From contig SMSO01000031.1 of NCBI GenBank assembly GCA_004764695.1, positions 9,592,761 through 9,656,760 of the forward strand: a DNA stretch of 64,000 nt, read 5' to 3'. The notes under the pieces are model-generated. The model did not search any database and had not been told where the DNA came from. It was given only the letters and a program-made list of their open reading frames with translations. Position 1 is the first letter of the stretch. The number at the start of each line of letters is the position of its first letter. Made by a program: the position numbers and the translations under genes. Source of the stretch: Schizochytrium sp. TIO01. Lineage: Eukaryota; Protista; Bigyra: Labyrinthulomycetes. Shown in pieces: positions 13,400-27,490 of the stretch.

Positions 13400-14362
13400 G
13401 CTTCGCAGCAACGTTTGGCTTGTACATGATTCGATGGATTCAATCGATCCATAGTTTGAGAAACGGCCAGGCTTGCGGCCCTTAAACCAAGATAAGAGAT
13501 AACCTCTGTCGTTGAGTAATTTCGGTTCTTAAACGCTGAGACGAGAGTTGGCAGCAGGCATGTTGGATCTAAAGCTCTGTCGCAATTTAACCTTCCTGCA
13601 ACCAATTTCAGGCATCGTCATCGTCAATATTTGACGCATTGGCGTGCGGCTTTGGCCTCTTGCGCTTTTTGTCGGGCATTTCTTCCTCAACCTTCAGCAG
13701 AGGACTCGGTCTCAGCGAGTACCTGCCGTGTTACTTGAGTGGACGACGAGTCGGAAGCCCGTTCAGGCCCCCATCAAAACTGGTTCCCGCAATCCTTTTC
13801 ATCTAATGCTCAGTGGTCACGGTCGCTGCTCATTCCAAATGCCGCAGCTTAAGTGGATGCAAATCGCCGTGTTTCTCCATCATTTGATGTGATCAGTTCA
13901 AGAATTTGCATCTAGGGAGGTGATTGCTCTTTCTTTTCTTTCCATGAGTAGTGCATTGTGGAGAGGTTCAAACCAATCCATCAAGAATACGACGCCTATT
14001 GCTCTTCGAGTCTGAAGAAGGGTAATTAGGAGGTAGTCCGGTAAAGACAAACTCGTATTATGGAGTATCAGCAGGTACCTATCAACTAACTATTATAATG
14101 CCTTCTACCTGGTTTCTAAAACATGGAATTTTATGAATTTTATGAATTTTATATTCCTAAATATGAAAGGCCCTGAGGAGAATTGAAAACTACACACACT
14201 TCGGGGAAAACATGAACTCTCATCGCTTCTCGAGTGAAAGGAAAATACAACGCAAAAGGAAAGAACACTGAGTGAGGGAGGCATCAATCAATCAATGAAC
14301 AATTGGCTGAGTTGATAATCTACTCAGTCAATCGGATCAGATAATTAATCAAACAATCAAGT

Positions 14363-14398
14363 TAACTCAACTCAACTCAACTCAACTCAACTCAACTC
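14363..14398. repeat. (AACTC)n pentanucleotide microsatellite
   Basis: About 7 units read directly. Confidence 0.9.
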
Positions 14399-16953
14399 GA
14401 GGCGAATCGAATATTTCATCTTGGAAAAGGAATAAAGGGCCAGTGAAATGAAATGAGCTATGGTGGATGAAAATGGGATTAAAAATGCAGCTTCGATTAT
14501 CTCCCATCTCGCCCAGCTCTGTAGGTTGTACTATCTGTACTAGAGAATTGAGGGCTGGAGTTGGCTGTGCATACCTACCTATACCTTGATCCTGAATGGG
14601 TGAGTAAGTGAGTGAGTAATTAATGAGTTGGGTACCTACGTAGGTATCATCGTGCATTCATTTAGGCACGTCAGCTCTGCAGGGAAAGAGGGATCTCGGG
14701 AGCTCAGATGCTCGTTCGCGGATGCGTAGATGTACCCGGATATCGAGAACGGGATTTCGAATGGAACACTCCTTCCTTAGTCGGTGCTCATTCATTCCAC
14801 ACTTGATGAAGGTGGCGAAAGCTTGGTTACTAATTTTGCCAACTAGGAAACTCTTGGGCTTACTTAATTGAATGAATGAGTTCGTCGATTTTTATAGCTA
14901 GATTTTTATTATACGAGTAGTTATTACCTACTCTGAAGTATGCTGAAGAATATATGTTCTTCTTTCTTCTTCTTCTTTTATTTTCTAGTAAGCGCATGAA
15001 AAAAAGAATGCGTAAACTTTTTTCTATGCTTCCCTTTTGAAAGCCTTTTTCTATATATATATATTTATTTATTTATTTATTGAATTTTCATTCGTTGTAA
15101 AAATAGCATAGAAAAAGAACAATAAAATGTAAGAAAGAGAAGCTAGTAAAATGAAACGAAATTACAAACTGCAAATATATATAGGAAACGATATATGGCG
15201 ACTAACACTCGTTCCTAAAGCTATGGAAGAAAAGAAAAAGATCGGGATCTTAAAAATCTAAATCGGAAAGCTACCGTTCTCTATGTCGAAAGAGAGAAAG
15301 TGTTATCTCAAAGAAGAACATGCAGTTACGATCATTGACGACAGATGTGTTCTATGAATTCATATTTCATTGCGCTACATATTCTTTCATGCTGTGATCT
15401 TACGTACCACCGCCGTTGCTCATGCCATGTTCTACATCGTCGAAAATAAAGTTCCACGCCTCTATTTTCACTGGAGAGAACCAGGACTATGCACAATCTT
15501 AACCTGTCGATTTCATTCCTTCTGTTGAAACTATTCTTTTCACGGCTGTTTGCAGCGGAGATATTCTTGCGCCCATTAGCAGCAATGACCCAATAATGGC
15601 ATATATATGTGCACAAACGCATGTATAATAAGAGAGCCTCGCTCACAGAAGGTCTTTATCCAAAGCGCTCCCGATCTGTCGAACGAAGAATGAAATGCGG
15701 AAACAACTTCACCTAATTCCACAATGTCGAGCACAATTCAACCTTCCTGGCCTAAGCTTGAACGCCCGCAAATGACAATAAACAGCGCAGAATTTGTGCA
15801 TCAACACAACGGCGAAGGTAAGCGGTACCTATCATCTTTTGTAGCCTTCAAAGATCTTTGATTTGGAATGCCCCTTCTCATTCTTAGGTATGTATGTAGT
15901 GTGTATATATTGATTGCTCTTGTTAATTGTGTTCGACGACTCACTCACGAAGCTTCGCTTCAAATTCACGAATGTCAGTATAACACCATTCGAGTCGGTG
16001 CTTGCCAGTTCTGCCGCCGAGAAAACAATCCCGGATCCCGCATTTTGAGCCGAGCTGTGCAAAGGTTTCTTCGTAAAAACATTTTCATTATCAAGATGGT
16101 TTCTATGCACAGGCTGTATGAACGAACGAGGGCTTTTGCAGTAGGTTTGTTTAGCTTTTTATTATTAATTTATTAATTTATTAGCTTAATGTGAGGATAT
16201 TGAGTTGCGCAACATTTGAAGGCACAGGTAATGTCCCTGTTCAAGAAAAAAGGACACAGAATAAACTGCTCAAAGTTGAGTAAACCTCTGTTAGTTTTGA
16301 TGAAAGTAGCCCTCTGGTCTCGCGTTAACGCCGATGATGATGTCGGTGGTGGTGATTCTGTATTCTGAGTCCATTATCGAGGCAGCAACAGCAGCGGTTC
16401 TTACGATGCGTTGAGCATTTCCACCAGCAAAACACATTGGTTCCCCGGTTGGCCTACGATCCAAGAGGACTGTCAGTTTTTTTTTGTTTTGGGATGGCGA
16501 GTCTGAGAAACCATAATGAAACGAAACAATAATTTAGATCGATTGATCAATCGAAGACGATACGATATTTGCTCAGCTCACGATAAATACTTTTATTTTG
16601 ATTTTTTTAAATAACTTCAGCTCATTTATTCCTCTTATTTTCTTCTTCTTTGATTTGTTTCTTTAATACAGTTTTTTTTACATCGACTGTTTTAATTTAA
16701 AACATTTTTTAAATTATCATGAAAGAGAGAAAGAAAGAAAAGTCGAGCTCGAAAAGGCCAAATCAACAGAGGGGCAGCAAAAAATGCATCATTCGCACCA
16801 GTTTGGCCCCGAGAGAACCCGACACGCTGACCCAACAGACTCTCTCTTCGCTCGGTACGACCAATGGCCTTGTTTTTTACTGTTAGTTTTTTATTGTTTT
16901 TTCCTGCTTTCTTCTTGTTTATTTGCCATGTCCTGCATGTTATGTTTTGATTA

Positions 16954-17223
16954 TTGTTTGTTTGTTTGTTTGTTTGTTTGTTTGTTTGTTTGTTTGTTTG
17001 TTTGTTTGTTTGTTTGTTTGTTTGTTTGTTTGTTTGTTTGTTTGTTTGTTTGTTTGTTTGTTTGTTTGTTTGTTTGTTTGTTTGTTTGTTTGTTTGTTTG
17101 TTTGTTTGTTTGTTTGTTTGTTTGTTTGTTTGTTTGTTTGTTTGTTTGTTTGTTTGTTTGTTTGTTTGTTTGTTTGTTTGTTTGTTTGTTTGTTTGTTTG
17201 TTTGTTTGTTTGTTTGTTTGTTT
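16954..17223. repeat. Long perfect (TTTG)n microsatellite, ~67 units
   Basis: Read directly; it produces the spurious CLFV-repeat ORFs. Confidence 0.99.
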
Positions 17224-19049
17224 ATTGTTTGTTTGTTTTCCTCTTATATCAATGATTCGCCCTCTTTCTCCTCGAGAACTGAGGGGACGTCGAACAGCCT
17301 TTCACGGCTTAACCTGCTTTCTTGCTTGCGACGACATCTGCTTCTTTTGAAGACGCACAAGAAGGTCTCGACGTAGTTCAGGTAGAGTTGCTCAGTAGGT
17401 ACCCCAAGAGAGCTCTTCCATAAACCTAATTACCCTTTGCTAGTGGGTGGTCGGGGGTACCCTACCACTCATTTGTAAAATGAGAAGAATGAAGGAACTA
17501 ATGAATTCATTCGTTCATTCACTCGAACTATTCCATAAGTAATCCTGTAGAAAAAGAAAGCACTTTTCTTGTTCTTCTTTAGTCAGTCTTTTATCTATTT
17601 ATTTAATAACAATAAAATAATTATAAAACTTTGAAATAAAAAAGAGGAAAATAAAAAAGGAAATTCCTGCTGCTGACCACCAGGAAAAAAATCGCATGCG
17701 ACTTGCAAGCTGCGGTGGAGACCGTGCGTGCTGTGTGGCGAAATGGTTTGCGCGGTCCTGGTCGCGAAGGGAAGGTATACCTGCTTTGAAGCACGCAAGC
17801 AAAGGAACCCTTAGGCATTATGCTCCTTCTGAACAGTCAGTCTCTGCGCCGCATGCGGGTTTCAAGACGGAGGTGGCCTTTCTTTGCATTCATTTCCCGA
17901 TTCCGTCTTCATGTCCACTTTCATTTGTATTTCTTTCAACACTCACTCCTTCACTTGGCTCAGTTTGCTTTGGTTGTGCAAGGCTCAGGAAAGCATGCTA
18001 TATGGGTAAGAAGGGCATCTTCTTCGCTTTTTTGATGTTGTGATGATTTGTTATCATCTTTGGTATTTTGGTCACTCTCTTTTTCAGGTCTTGTTTCTCT
18101 GTGCTTTGTAGGCCCTTTATTTCACTCTTTCTCTCAGCTTTTTCATCTCTTGTTTTTACATTTCCTTTGAAAAAGGTTCTCCTCTGTTTGCGATAGCGTG
18201 ATTCTTTGGTTGTTCCCCATAGTTTCCACTTTTCTACCTACTCGGCGCCTGCTCACTCCTACTCTGCCTTGCTGGTAAATCGTAAAATATCTGATTTCCT
18301 TGAGTTTTGACAATTTGTGAAACTATGTGCTAGGTACTACCTACCTACTACCATGCATGCGCTTTTGGTGGGTACCATGGTAGCTAGACTGATCTTTTGT
18401 ATTGTCAGCTTTTGTGCGATTACAGCGATGATGCGACATCAAAACAAACGCCCGTCTACCGGTGTCAGGATGGCCAAGCTCTTACGTTGAAATATCTTTT
18501 GCGCAATGAGTGCACAACCTAGGATTGCCTTTGGCGATTTTTTAAAATCTCTTTTTTAGATCTAGGTGGGTAAATTTACTATCTTGAATAGGAAAATGTA
18601 ATATCCTAGAGGCTTAATTTTGGCAGCGGCTTCTTTTTCATTTGGTTTGGTTTCTGAATAGAATCGTCAGAATTGTAAAGGTACGAGTACATGTCTCTCA
18701 AAGCTTATATATACCCGAGCACATGAAAAAATCGAGGTCAGTTACCTACCTGCTTACTGGTGTGCGCAACATGCAATGCTTCCGCCGAGACACCTTTAAT
18801 ATATCTAGCGCATTGTAAATAAGCAGCCATCTTGATAATTAAAACAACGAAACAAACACAGAAATAAATAGAAGTTTAAGATAGATTCTCTGGTTAACTG
18901 GAGGCTGCAGTGCCTTATCGCCTCATTTATTTGTTTTCCAAGTCTATGTTTTCGTTACTTTTAAAATGTGCGTGTTATCTTCGTTTGCGAAAAGTTGGTG
19001 CCACTCGTGAATATCAATCTTTGTAAAGAATTTAGTGGCGACACATTGT

Positions 19050-19160
19050 CAAATTGAATTGAAGCAAGTTGAGTTGAAGCAAGTCTGCCGCAAATTGAAA
19101 TGAAGCAAATTGAAATGAAGCACATTGAAATGAAGCACATTGAAATGAAGCAAATTGAAA
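19050..19160. repeat. 15-bp minisatellite, consensus CAAATTGAAATGAAG
   Basis: 6-7 imperfect units read directly. Confidence 0.88.
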
Positions 19161-20165
19161 CGGATCAAGGTGAATTAAGCAATGCCAGTGCGAATGCAAA
19201 TGCAACGTTTTCAGTTTTTATGTTGGACTGAAAGCAACGGATTAATTGAAATTGATCATTCGAGAACCTTGTGTGAGTGCTAGGTGTGAAGCGTACATCA
19301 TTTCCTATGAAGGAGGGGAAAGGCATGAGAAGCTAGTTGATAATGCTAGCCAAGTCATCTCCGGCCTACCTTTAAGCAAACAACCGGACGGCTCTCTTCT
19401 TTGCTCTGCACGCTTATAATGGCAACGTTATGATGTGTGTGAGAGAGAAACAACGCAACCCAGTTAAAAGTCTCATCCACCTCAGCTCACACACGTGACG
19501 TAGAACTTATTTCCTTTCTTATGCTGTTGTCATTTTTTAAAATTTAAAATTTAAAATATTTATGTGTAATTTAAACATTTATTACTGTTAGTAATAATTT
19601 ACGTTAAATTGAACTGTTTTGTTATGTAGTATATTCAATTTGTTTTTTACTTTAATAATTAAAATTAGAGCTGATTTCTAAGCATTTTATTTTAAATTAA
19701 ATATTGAAAGATTAGAAATATATTTTTTAAAGTAATAAAAATTACAAAATAGAAATCAGCCAAGACTGCCACACCTGCTAATTGAGATTTGTCCATACAA
19801 TACAATATAGAATTTTGCTCTGCTCTACAACAAAACAAGACTGCTGAAGATTATAGTGATCGCCTGAGTTTCGAGGCCATGATTTTCATGTCTATGTAAA
19901 ATCCCATGGGGGAGCGCCAAGCTCTTGATTGAAGAGCCTCTCTTCGCTGGTTTTTGCTTTCTTGAAGTTTCACTTAAGCACGGTAGCTAGTCAATGAGCC
20001 ACAGGCGGCGTCCTGGCCCTTTAGGCAGACGTACGGGTACTTTGAGGCTTTGCGCCTGCTTGCAGCTACTGTGTTCATAGCCTCACGCTCGAGAGCTTGG
20101 GCACCACTTTAAAACAAGTTCTTTCGTACAGTTTGCTCGAGCCTGAATCTGAAACTCTGCCACCT

Positions 20166-20381
20166 CAAACAAACAAACAAACAAACAAACAAACAAACAA
20201 ACAAACAAACAAACAAACAAACAAACAAACAAACAAACAAACAAACAAACAAACAAACAAACAAACAAACAAACAAACAAACAAACAAACAAACAAACAA
20301 ACAAACAAACAAACAAACAAACAAACAAACAAACAAACAAACAAACAAACAAACAAACAAACAAACAAACAAACAAACAAA
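20166..20381. repeat. Long perfect (CAAA)n microsatellite, ~54 units
   Basis: Read directly; reverse complement of the array at 16954-17223. Confidence 0.99.
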
Positions 20382-21148
20382 ATAAAAATACACTAAGATC
20401 GTTTTCTATTTCAATGGCTACCGACAAGAACTTTGTATTGACGCATCCTCAGACCACGCCTACTAAGACTGTCGCCAGATTGATCATTGTCTGACGCAGC
20501 TATATTTGAATGGATAGATCTTCAATTCAAGCTCACCCAAATCTAGAGAAAAACAGCTCACAGTTATACTGTTCCCGGAGGTCTGTGCACGAGGTTCTTG
20601 ACGCTTTGCTATGAAAGAGCCCTATTCTAATAAAAGTAAGTGAACGAGTTAATTAATTGAGCAAGGAAATAAATCAATATGGATTGATTGATTGATGATG
20701 GATGGATGGACAGACGGTGGATGGATGATTGGCGAGGCAGCTCACGCAAGTTGAAGGAGCGAAGTTTTTGCACAAAGAAACACCCAAGGAGAGAAAGTAT
20801 TTTATTCTTCAAGAAAGAAACATATGCATTGTGAAATAAGCAATTCAATTCACCAATTCACCAACCCACCGATCCGTCAATCCGAACAAACAACCAAACA
20901 TCATACCAATCCAATCAGCAAGCACGTACGCTGGTGTTAGTAATTTGAGGTTGCTCGTAGCGCCATTAGGCGCGGCAACGAGCGAGGACTGCAACTTCAA
21001 CCAGGTACTAAAACTTCTTCGATTGGCTCGAGAGTTAGTTTGCCTCAGTTTGCTCTAGTTTCCATGCGAAGTTTGGTCTGAGGCCAGTACTCCGTCGTGA
21101 GCCTAGACAGCATTACGTAATTTAGTAGGTTTTAAGGTGAGGTAAGTG

Positions 21149-21267
<119 letters not shown>

Positions 21268-21565
21268 GAGGCATTAAGTTAGTTATCTATTTGGGTGGAC
21301 TAGCGCTGCTTCGAGTTGCTGCCGGTGGGTGGTCTGAACCGTCTCGGTGATGCGAATATTTTTCTGCAGGAATAAGCGGTGGCAGTTATTTGATATATCT
21401 TTGATATTTCTTTGATTTAGTCAGTTGCACTGGGCTTTGCCCCCTCAGGCTTCAAGTTGTTGCGAAAGCTTGCTTGGAGCTGTAATATCCTGGTGGTGCT
21501 TCAATCAGGCTCTTGTTCGAGTTGGCGACTTATTCTTCTTCTCATGAGTCTAACGTAGGTAGGTA

Positions 21566-21650
21566 CACTCACTCACTCACTCACTCACTCACTCACTCAC
21601 TCACTCACTCACTCACTCACACACTCACTCACTCACTCAATCACTCACTC
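21566..21650. repeat. (CACT)n microsatellite with two interruptions
   Basis: Read directly. Confidence 0.95.
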
Positions 21651-24600
21651 GCACAGATAACGCACAGGTAATGAGTTATAGTCTTCAACCTAAACTCGGG
21701 TTTAAACTCAAACCAAAGCAAAAGCATTACGCGCTCGGACTGAGAAGAATTTAAGTTGATCGTCTATGAGAATCGGAAGCAGCAGAGCAGTTAGTTAGTT
21801 ATTTATACAGTTATGAAGTTCATTTGGGTTGAAAAACAAGGGAACTTGCTTTGAAGGGCGTCATGTCTTGGCAACGAAAGCTCCCACTCCTGCCAACGTT
21901 TCGACTTCTTTTTCAATTAATTTATTTATTTTATTAAAAGATATGAGAATTTTGCAAAGCTCAAGCTAAATGATTACGTAGGTATATTCCCCACCAACTA
22001 TTGTGGTAGAAGCCAAGAGTTACAGCACTTTGCCTAGCCAAGTCTAGGAAGTACATAGGTTAACCTTCTTTTATCGCTGCTCTTTTACTTTTCAAGTTGC
22101 TTACCTTAATCTAGAAACTAGTTCTCCAGGAAAGAAGTTCACTTAGATTCCACGATCCACGCTCAACAAATATGTGCTTAATTCGGCGCCCCTAACTTTG
22201 ACCTTCCTTGTGGTTATCAGGTTTTCTTGCAACATGCTGATTTTGATATCCCAATTGAAAGTAAATGAAATAAAGTTGAGTTAATTAAAATAGTGAGATT
22301 TCTTAGTTTCTATCAATCATTTGCATGAAAGGTAAACAATTGATATTGATTATTTTATACGAACCTGCTGAAGTTTTAGCTTGGAGCGGTCCAGCCCGAG
22401 GTAATAAATACTAGGAAGGAGCTAGCTTTTGGGTATATCAATATAAGAGTTTGCTCCGATGAAGCATCCTGGCCAGACGATGCCATGCAAATTGCACTTT
22501 TTGATTGACTCGAACTTAGATCAAAAGTAATATCAGTGAGATAATCTAATCTGCTCGCTATGTCTCTCTCAGTTGACACTGGTGTGTCATAGGAAGGAGC
22601 AAGTTTCACCGATACCGATCTAAGTAGAAAAAGGTATCGATGGCGAGGGAACTTGTACCTATTAGGTTATCTTACATTTCGCACTCTTGATGGGTGCCTC
22701 TGCACAGTTCGTTAGCACGAGTTTTCTTCTTTGACACACTACCAGAAATACTTCTTCATTGCATGTTGAAATATCATTCACCGACTCCCGATTCATATTT
22801 GTCTCTAAGGGGAATCCCAGTGAAGTGCGTCACATGGTAGATGCTTGCACAACTTAACATCTCGGGTAACTTTCTGACCTTCAAACCTTAACCTTGAGGC
22901 TCGAAATTTTGCAGGAGTAGGTCAAATGACGAAAAACAGATGTTTAAAAAAGTTGTTTTGCAGCATCGGATACCAATAATTTTCAACTTTTGTAGTCTAT
23001 AGTATTCATCCCTTCACACGGATATACCTAGTAGTGGAAAGTGGAAAGCAGAAAACCTGTGATTACATGGCGACCACCAGTTTTTTTTTGTGTAACGTCG
23101 CATCCTATCTTTAGCCATTATTAACGATCACGTCAAGATGATACATACCTATTTACCACTACGGTTATGTCCCCAATACCCCTTTCTCTTCTTTAAAACA
23201 TGTCGCCTTTCAAATAAGCTTGATCCAAACTTCAAGTTTTTAGCCTCAAAAGCTTGAAGATGACTCCCCTTTGGGAATTTTAAAGGATCACATGCAAAAG
23301 AGAACGCTTTTTATAATTGTAAAACATTGCGAAGGACGAACATGGCAAGTGACTTATCACAATTGTCATTATCACCAGTATTTATCACAAATAGCAACGA
23401 TAACAACGACTATCAATAATAACAACAAAAAGAATAATGGCAAGTTAACACATGACAGGGTAAATACTACCTTTTCTTCGCTAACTAGAGACGATATGCT
23501 CTCATTCATTCAACGCAATCATGCATGTATGAGTGTGTGAAGTGTTATCACCTTCTGACCGGTTCAAGTCCTTATTGCCCCATATATACTGATCTAGCGG
23601 GACCAAAGCTCAAGAAAACAGGGAACAGTGTTGGTCCGGGTGCATCGGCATCAGAAATCAACTTTGCGTAAGCAGATACGCAATCCAATGAATGCTGTAC
23701 CAGTGCGATTTGGGGAGTCGCAACTAGGAAGTTCGCGAGCTTGGTTGTATGAAGACATTGTTGGTATAAATGTCTTTGCTAATATGTTTTCTTTCTTAAA
23801 GCGGATCAATACATGAATCTGGTCACAATTAAACACGCTCATCCAAACTTGCGATTGGCACAATCAAGATGGCGGGTTTGTGCATATCCAACAATGAGTG
23901 GCTAGATAGATACATACATGTAATCCGACAGAATGCAATTGCAATGCAACGCAAAGCGAGTTTTTAAAAATAGGAAAAATAGACCTGAAAGGCGATATTT
24001 TTGTTTTGGTTTTTGTCTTGCTTGTGGCACCAAAGAGAAACGGAGTGAAGTTGTTGTAACAGTTCATGGTTCGCGCTAGCCTGATTATCCATATCTCGCA
24101 GCCATATCTCGCATGCATGCGACGTTCAAGTTGCTCATAGCATGGTAGCTTCCGAGCTGGTAGAGCCAAAATGGAAGGGTTCTACGCTTTTGATACTTTT
24201 TCAAACTTTATTCAAGTAACAATAATAATCATAACTAACTTTCTACTTGTATATATAGTAGGCGTTATATGTATATACATTTTTAAACAAATTATTAAAC
24301 AGTATTTAATGAAAGTTTATTTCTAAAAACATGTAATGAATGCTATTGTCCTTTCCTAAAAAGCTGAATGCGCCATGCTACAAAGTGGGTCCTGTGAACT
24401 TATATATTGACTCCCACGCCATTAACTCTTCGAACACAGAAAAAATGCTAAGTAGTTCAAGACGTACCTACCTACGCGTGTCTCCGCAGCACACGACAGA
24501 GGGCCTAGCTATCTTCATAGTTAAGGTGGCCCTGGGAGATCTCGAAGCCACGACATTTCTCAATCGATGAGTCATGGTCACATCATAATATTATAGCAAA

Positions 24601-27355
24601 GTAAAAATCGAAGACAGATCAGCAGGTCTTGAGACACTACTAGGCTGTCCTATGCTCCTTCAATTCATTTCGCTGCTATTTCGACTAATACTCTCCTTTG
24701 TGTTGTGCTCAAGACAGTTGAGAGCATAATGAGAAAACTAGGCATTCGAAATAGTTATGGATTTGTTGCTCGATACATCGAACTTGGAGAAAGGCTTTTA
24801 TTTAACCCCAATAAAAACAAAAAACAAAAACTAGGAGGGTTGGTTTTCAACTCTTCTTTTACTTATCTTGTCTTGTCTTTTTCTTTTTTTATAGTTTTTA
24901 AGCATATGTATATTCAAAAACAAAATCAGGAAGTCTTAACTTTCTAGTAATTCATTCACGTGAGGTGAATCACAACTTATTTTATTTTAGCTAAAAGAAC
25001 GAAAACTAGGAGTTTCTTCTTTTGTTTAAACGCAAAGAAGAAGAAGAAAAAAAGTAAAGTAAAGCCCCGTTGAAGAAGTATGCAGCCGCAAGATCCCTGT
25101 AGAAGTAGCAAGAGGAGGCGAGTGATGCTTACATTTTCAGCCAAATATGGACTCCATGGTAACATATAGTCGCTCTGTGGTAAGTTGTGGAGTCTGGGAG
25201 TCCTCGTTGATGCTTCATTTCTACTCACAATGCACCAACGATTTTTTTACTACTTTCGTTTATATTATATGATTTATCTCCCTGTCTACGTACCAACCTA
25301 GAACTTTGATTTTCTTGGGTAGAAAGAAAAAAAAGAAAGAAAAAGAGCTCGTGCCATGGACTTTCATTTCAAGTATTCTCTTTCAAAGGATTTAATTTAA
25401 ATTATAGTTTTTATAAACAAAATAGGAAATGCAAGAACCAAAGAAGTGGGGAAGTTCCACTTCATTAAACATACTTTAATAATGTTAACAATAATATTAA
25501 TAATAATATTGATAATAATAATAATAATAATAGGAAATTGGAACCCAACTTGTCTACTTAAAACATTTTAAACATCATCCTTGTTAACATTTTGGTTTTG
25601 AACAAAAAAAAAAAAGCCTTGAGCGATGAAAACTACTTTGAAGTGGTGAAGATAAACCTAATGCTGGCAGACAAATCCGTCGGAGGTTAGTTGATCATGG
25701 ACTCCATCGCCATGTCGATCGATAACATGTTATAAATGAAGGGAAAATGTCTTGTCTTTTGCAATCAACGACGGTCGGTTGGAAGTCGATTTTTTTCTGG
25801 TGGACCCACCAGTTCGAAAAACATATGAACAAAACATAGAACAGACTGAAAACCTCTTTCTGCTTCTTCGACTCCCTCTTTTTTTCTCTCATCGACAAGT
25901 AACAAGTCCCTGCTCACTGAAACAATGAATTAACTAAAAATGGAAAAGAGAAAACTTCTGAAGGAAGAGAGGAAAAGGTGAATGAGTGTTTTTTTACTAA
26001 ATTACTTCCATAACCAAGAAAGAAAGGAAATAACTCGAAATGAATCGATAAGTATATTATCAGAAAATCATTTATTCATTTATTCATTTATTCATTTATT
26101 TATTTCAAAGTGACAAGTGGAATAAATATTTGACTATTTGTTTGTTTGTTTATAGACAGATGAAAGAGAGAGTGAATGAATGAATTAAAAAACTAAATAA
26201 AAAACTAAATGAAAGAAAGACTCGTCACCAATTCCGCATCCGAGGCGCCCTCGCCGCGGAGCATAACCGCGCGCAGGCGCAGCAGGAGCAGCAGCCACAG
26301 CGAATATGGAGTCATCCGGCAGGGCCGCGCAGTGGTGGCGGCCTGCCATGGATGAAGAAGGTTCTGCCAGGTAAGTCATCGATCGCCACACGGGAACGGA
26401 GATGCCTTCTTGCCTGCTGCACCATTCCAACGCGAATGCTTTTGCCGACTTCTTCTGTTTGTCAGACCTTCTGCAACAGACCTAAGCCGCTCTTGAGATA
26501 CCTGAGACCATATCCATGCTGACACCTCAGTCCTCTGCGTCAGCTTGCGCAGCATCGCATGGTGGTGACTGCCTTGCGTTGACGTAGACCCAGCAGCTAG
26601 GCTTGCAAGCGCCCTTGCCGGGTTGCCTCAAACGCAATGGCCAGGCCCATAATAGCTAGCAAGCTGGCCAAAGCTCAGCTGCCCGCTTGGCTGCCTCTCT
26701 GTCTAAAGGAACAGAAGACAAGAGCGGCACACTCTGCATCGATCCTGTACATGGTGTATAATCGTTAAAGACATGGAAGACTAATGGATCCCTGATCTTC
26801 TTGCTCCCCGCGTTTCTTGTTGTTTCTTTGCTTTGTTTCTCTGCTTTGTTTGCTGTTCGTTTGGTCTCCATTTGCGATTGAATTTCTTCTGGCTCCCGGG
26901 TCGCTTAATACTGTCGTTCTCTTGTCTTGCACGTTTTCTTCTTTACATCGGCTAATGCCTGTTAAATGCTGACGTTCTGGCTCATTTCTCTGCGGTTTGG
27001 TGGCGCTGGTGCATTTGATACCGCTTTGCTTTGTTTGGCTTCTTCTGTGTCGTGCTGTTCTGTTCTCTGTGGTCTTTCTTTGCTTTTGGACGGCCTCCTT
27101 TCACCAATCCCTCGGTTCATGGACTGGGTTTCTCTCATGGCGAAACTTGGATGCGTATCCTCCCGCATGACGCCTCTATCTGTCGTTTTTGCAAAACCCG
27201 ACAAACCCACAACCCATATCTTTTTCCTCTCTGTGACGACCAATTGGTTGCCTTGACACCGGCGTTTCTGATATCGATGACGCTGCTGATCTGGTCTGTG
27301 TTATTCTGACGTATCTCCATTACATATCAACTTGTGCACACCCTCATAACACTAA

Positions 27356-27390
27356 TACATACATACATACATACATACATACATACATAC
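27356..27390. repeat. (CATA)n microsatellite just upstream of the LRR gene start
   Basis: Read directly. Confidence 0.92.
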
Positions 27391-27490
27391 CTATCTACCT
27401 GCATTACGTGCATACATACATAACAACGTACCCTACTACATCCAACAATCATCGGAATTAACAACCAAATCACAACAACACAACCCGTGC

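Noticed and set aside
16784-17376. CLFV-repeat ORFs, and the matching TNKQ/CLFV ORFs at 20083-20427
   Set aside because: Translations of stop-free (TTTG)n/(CAAA)n microsatellites.
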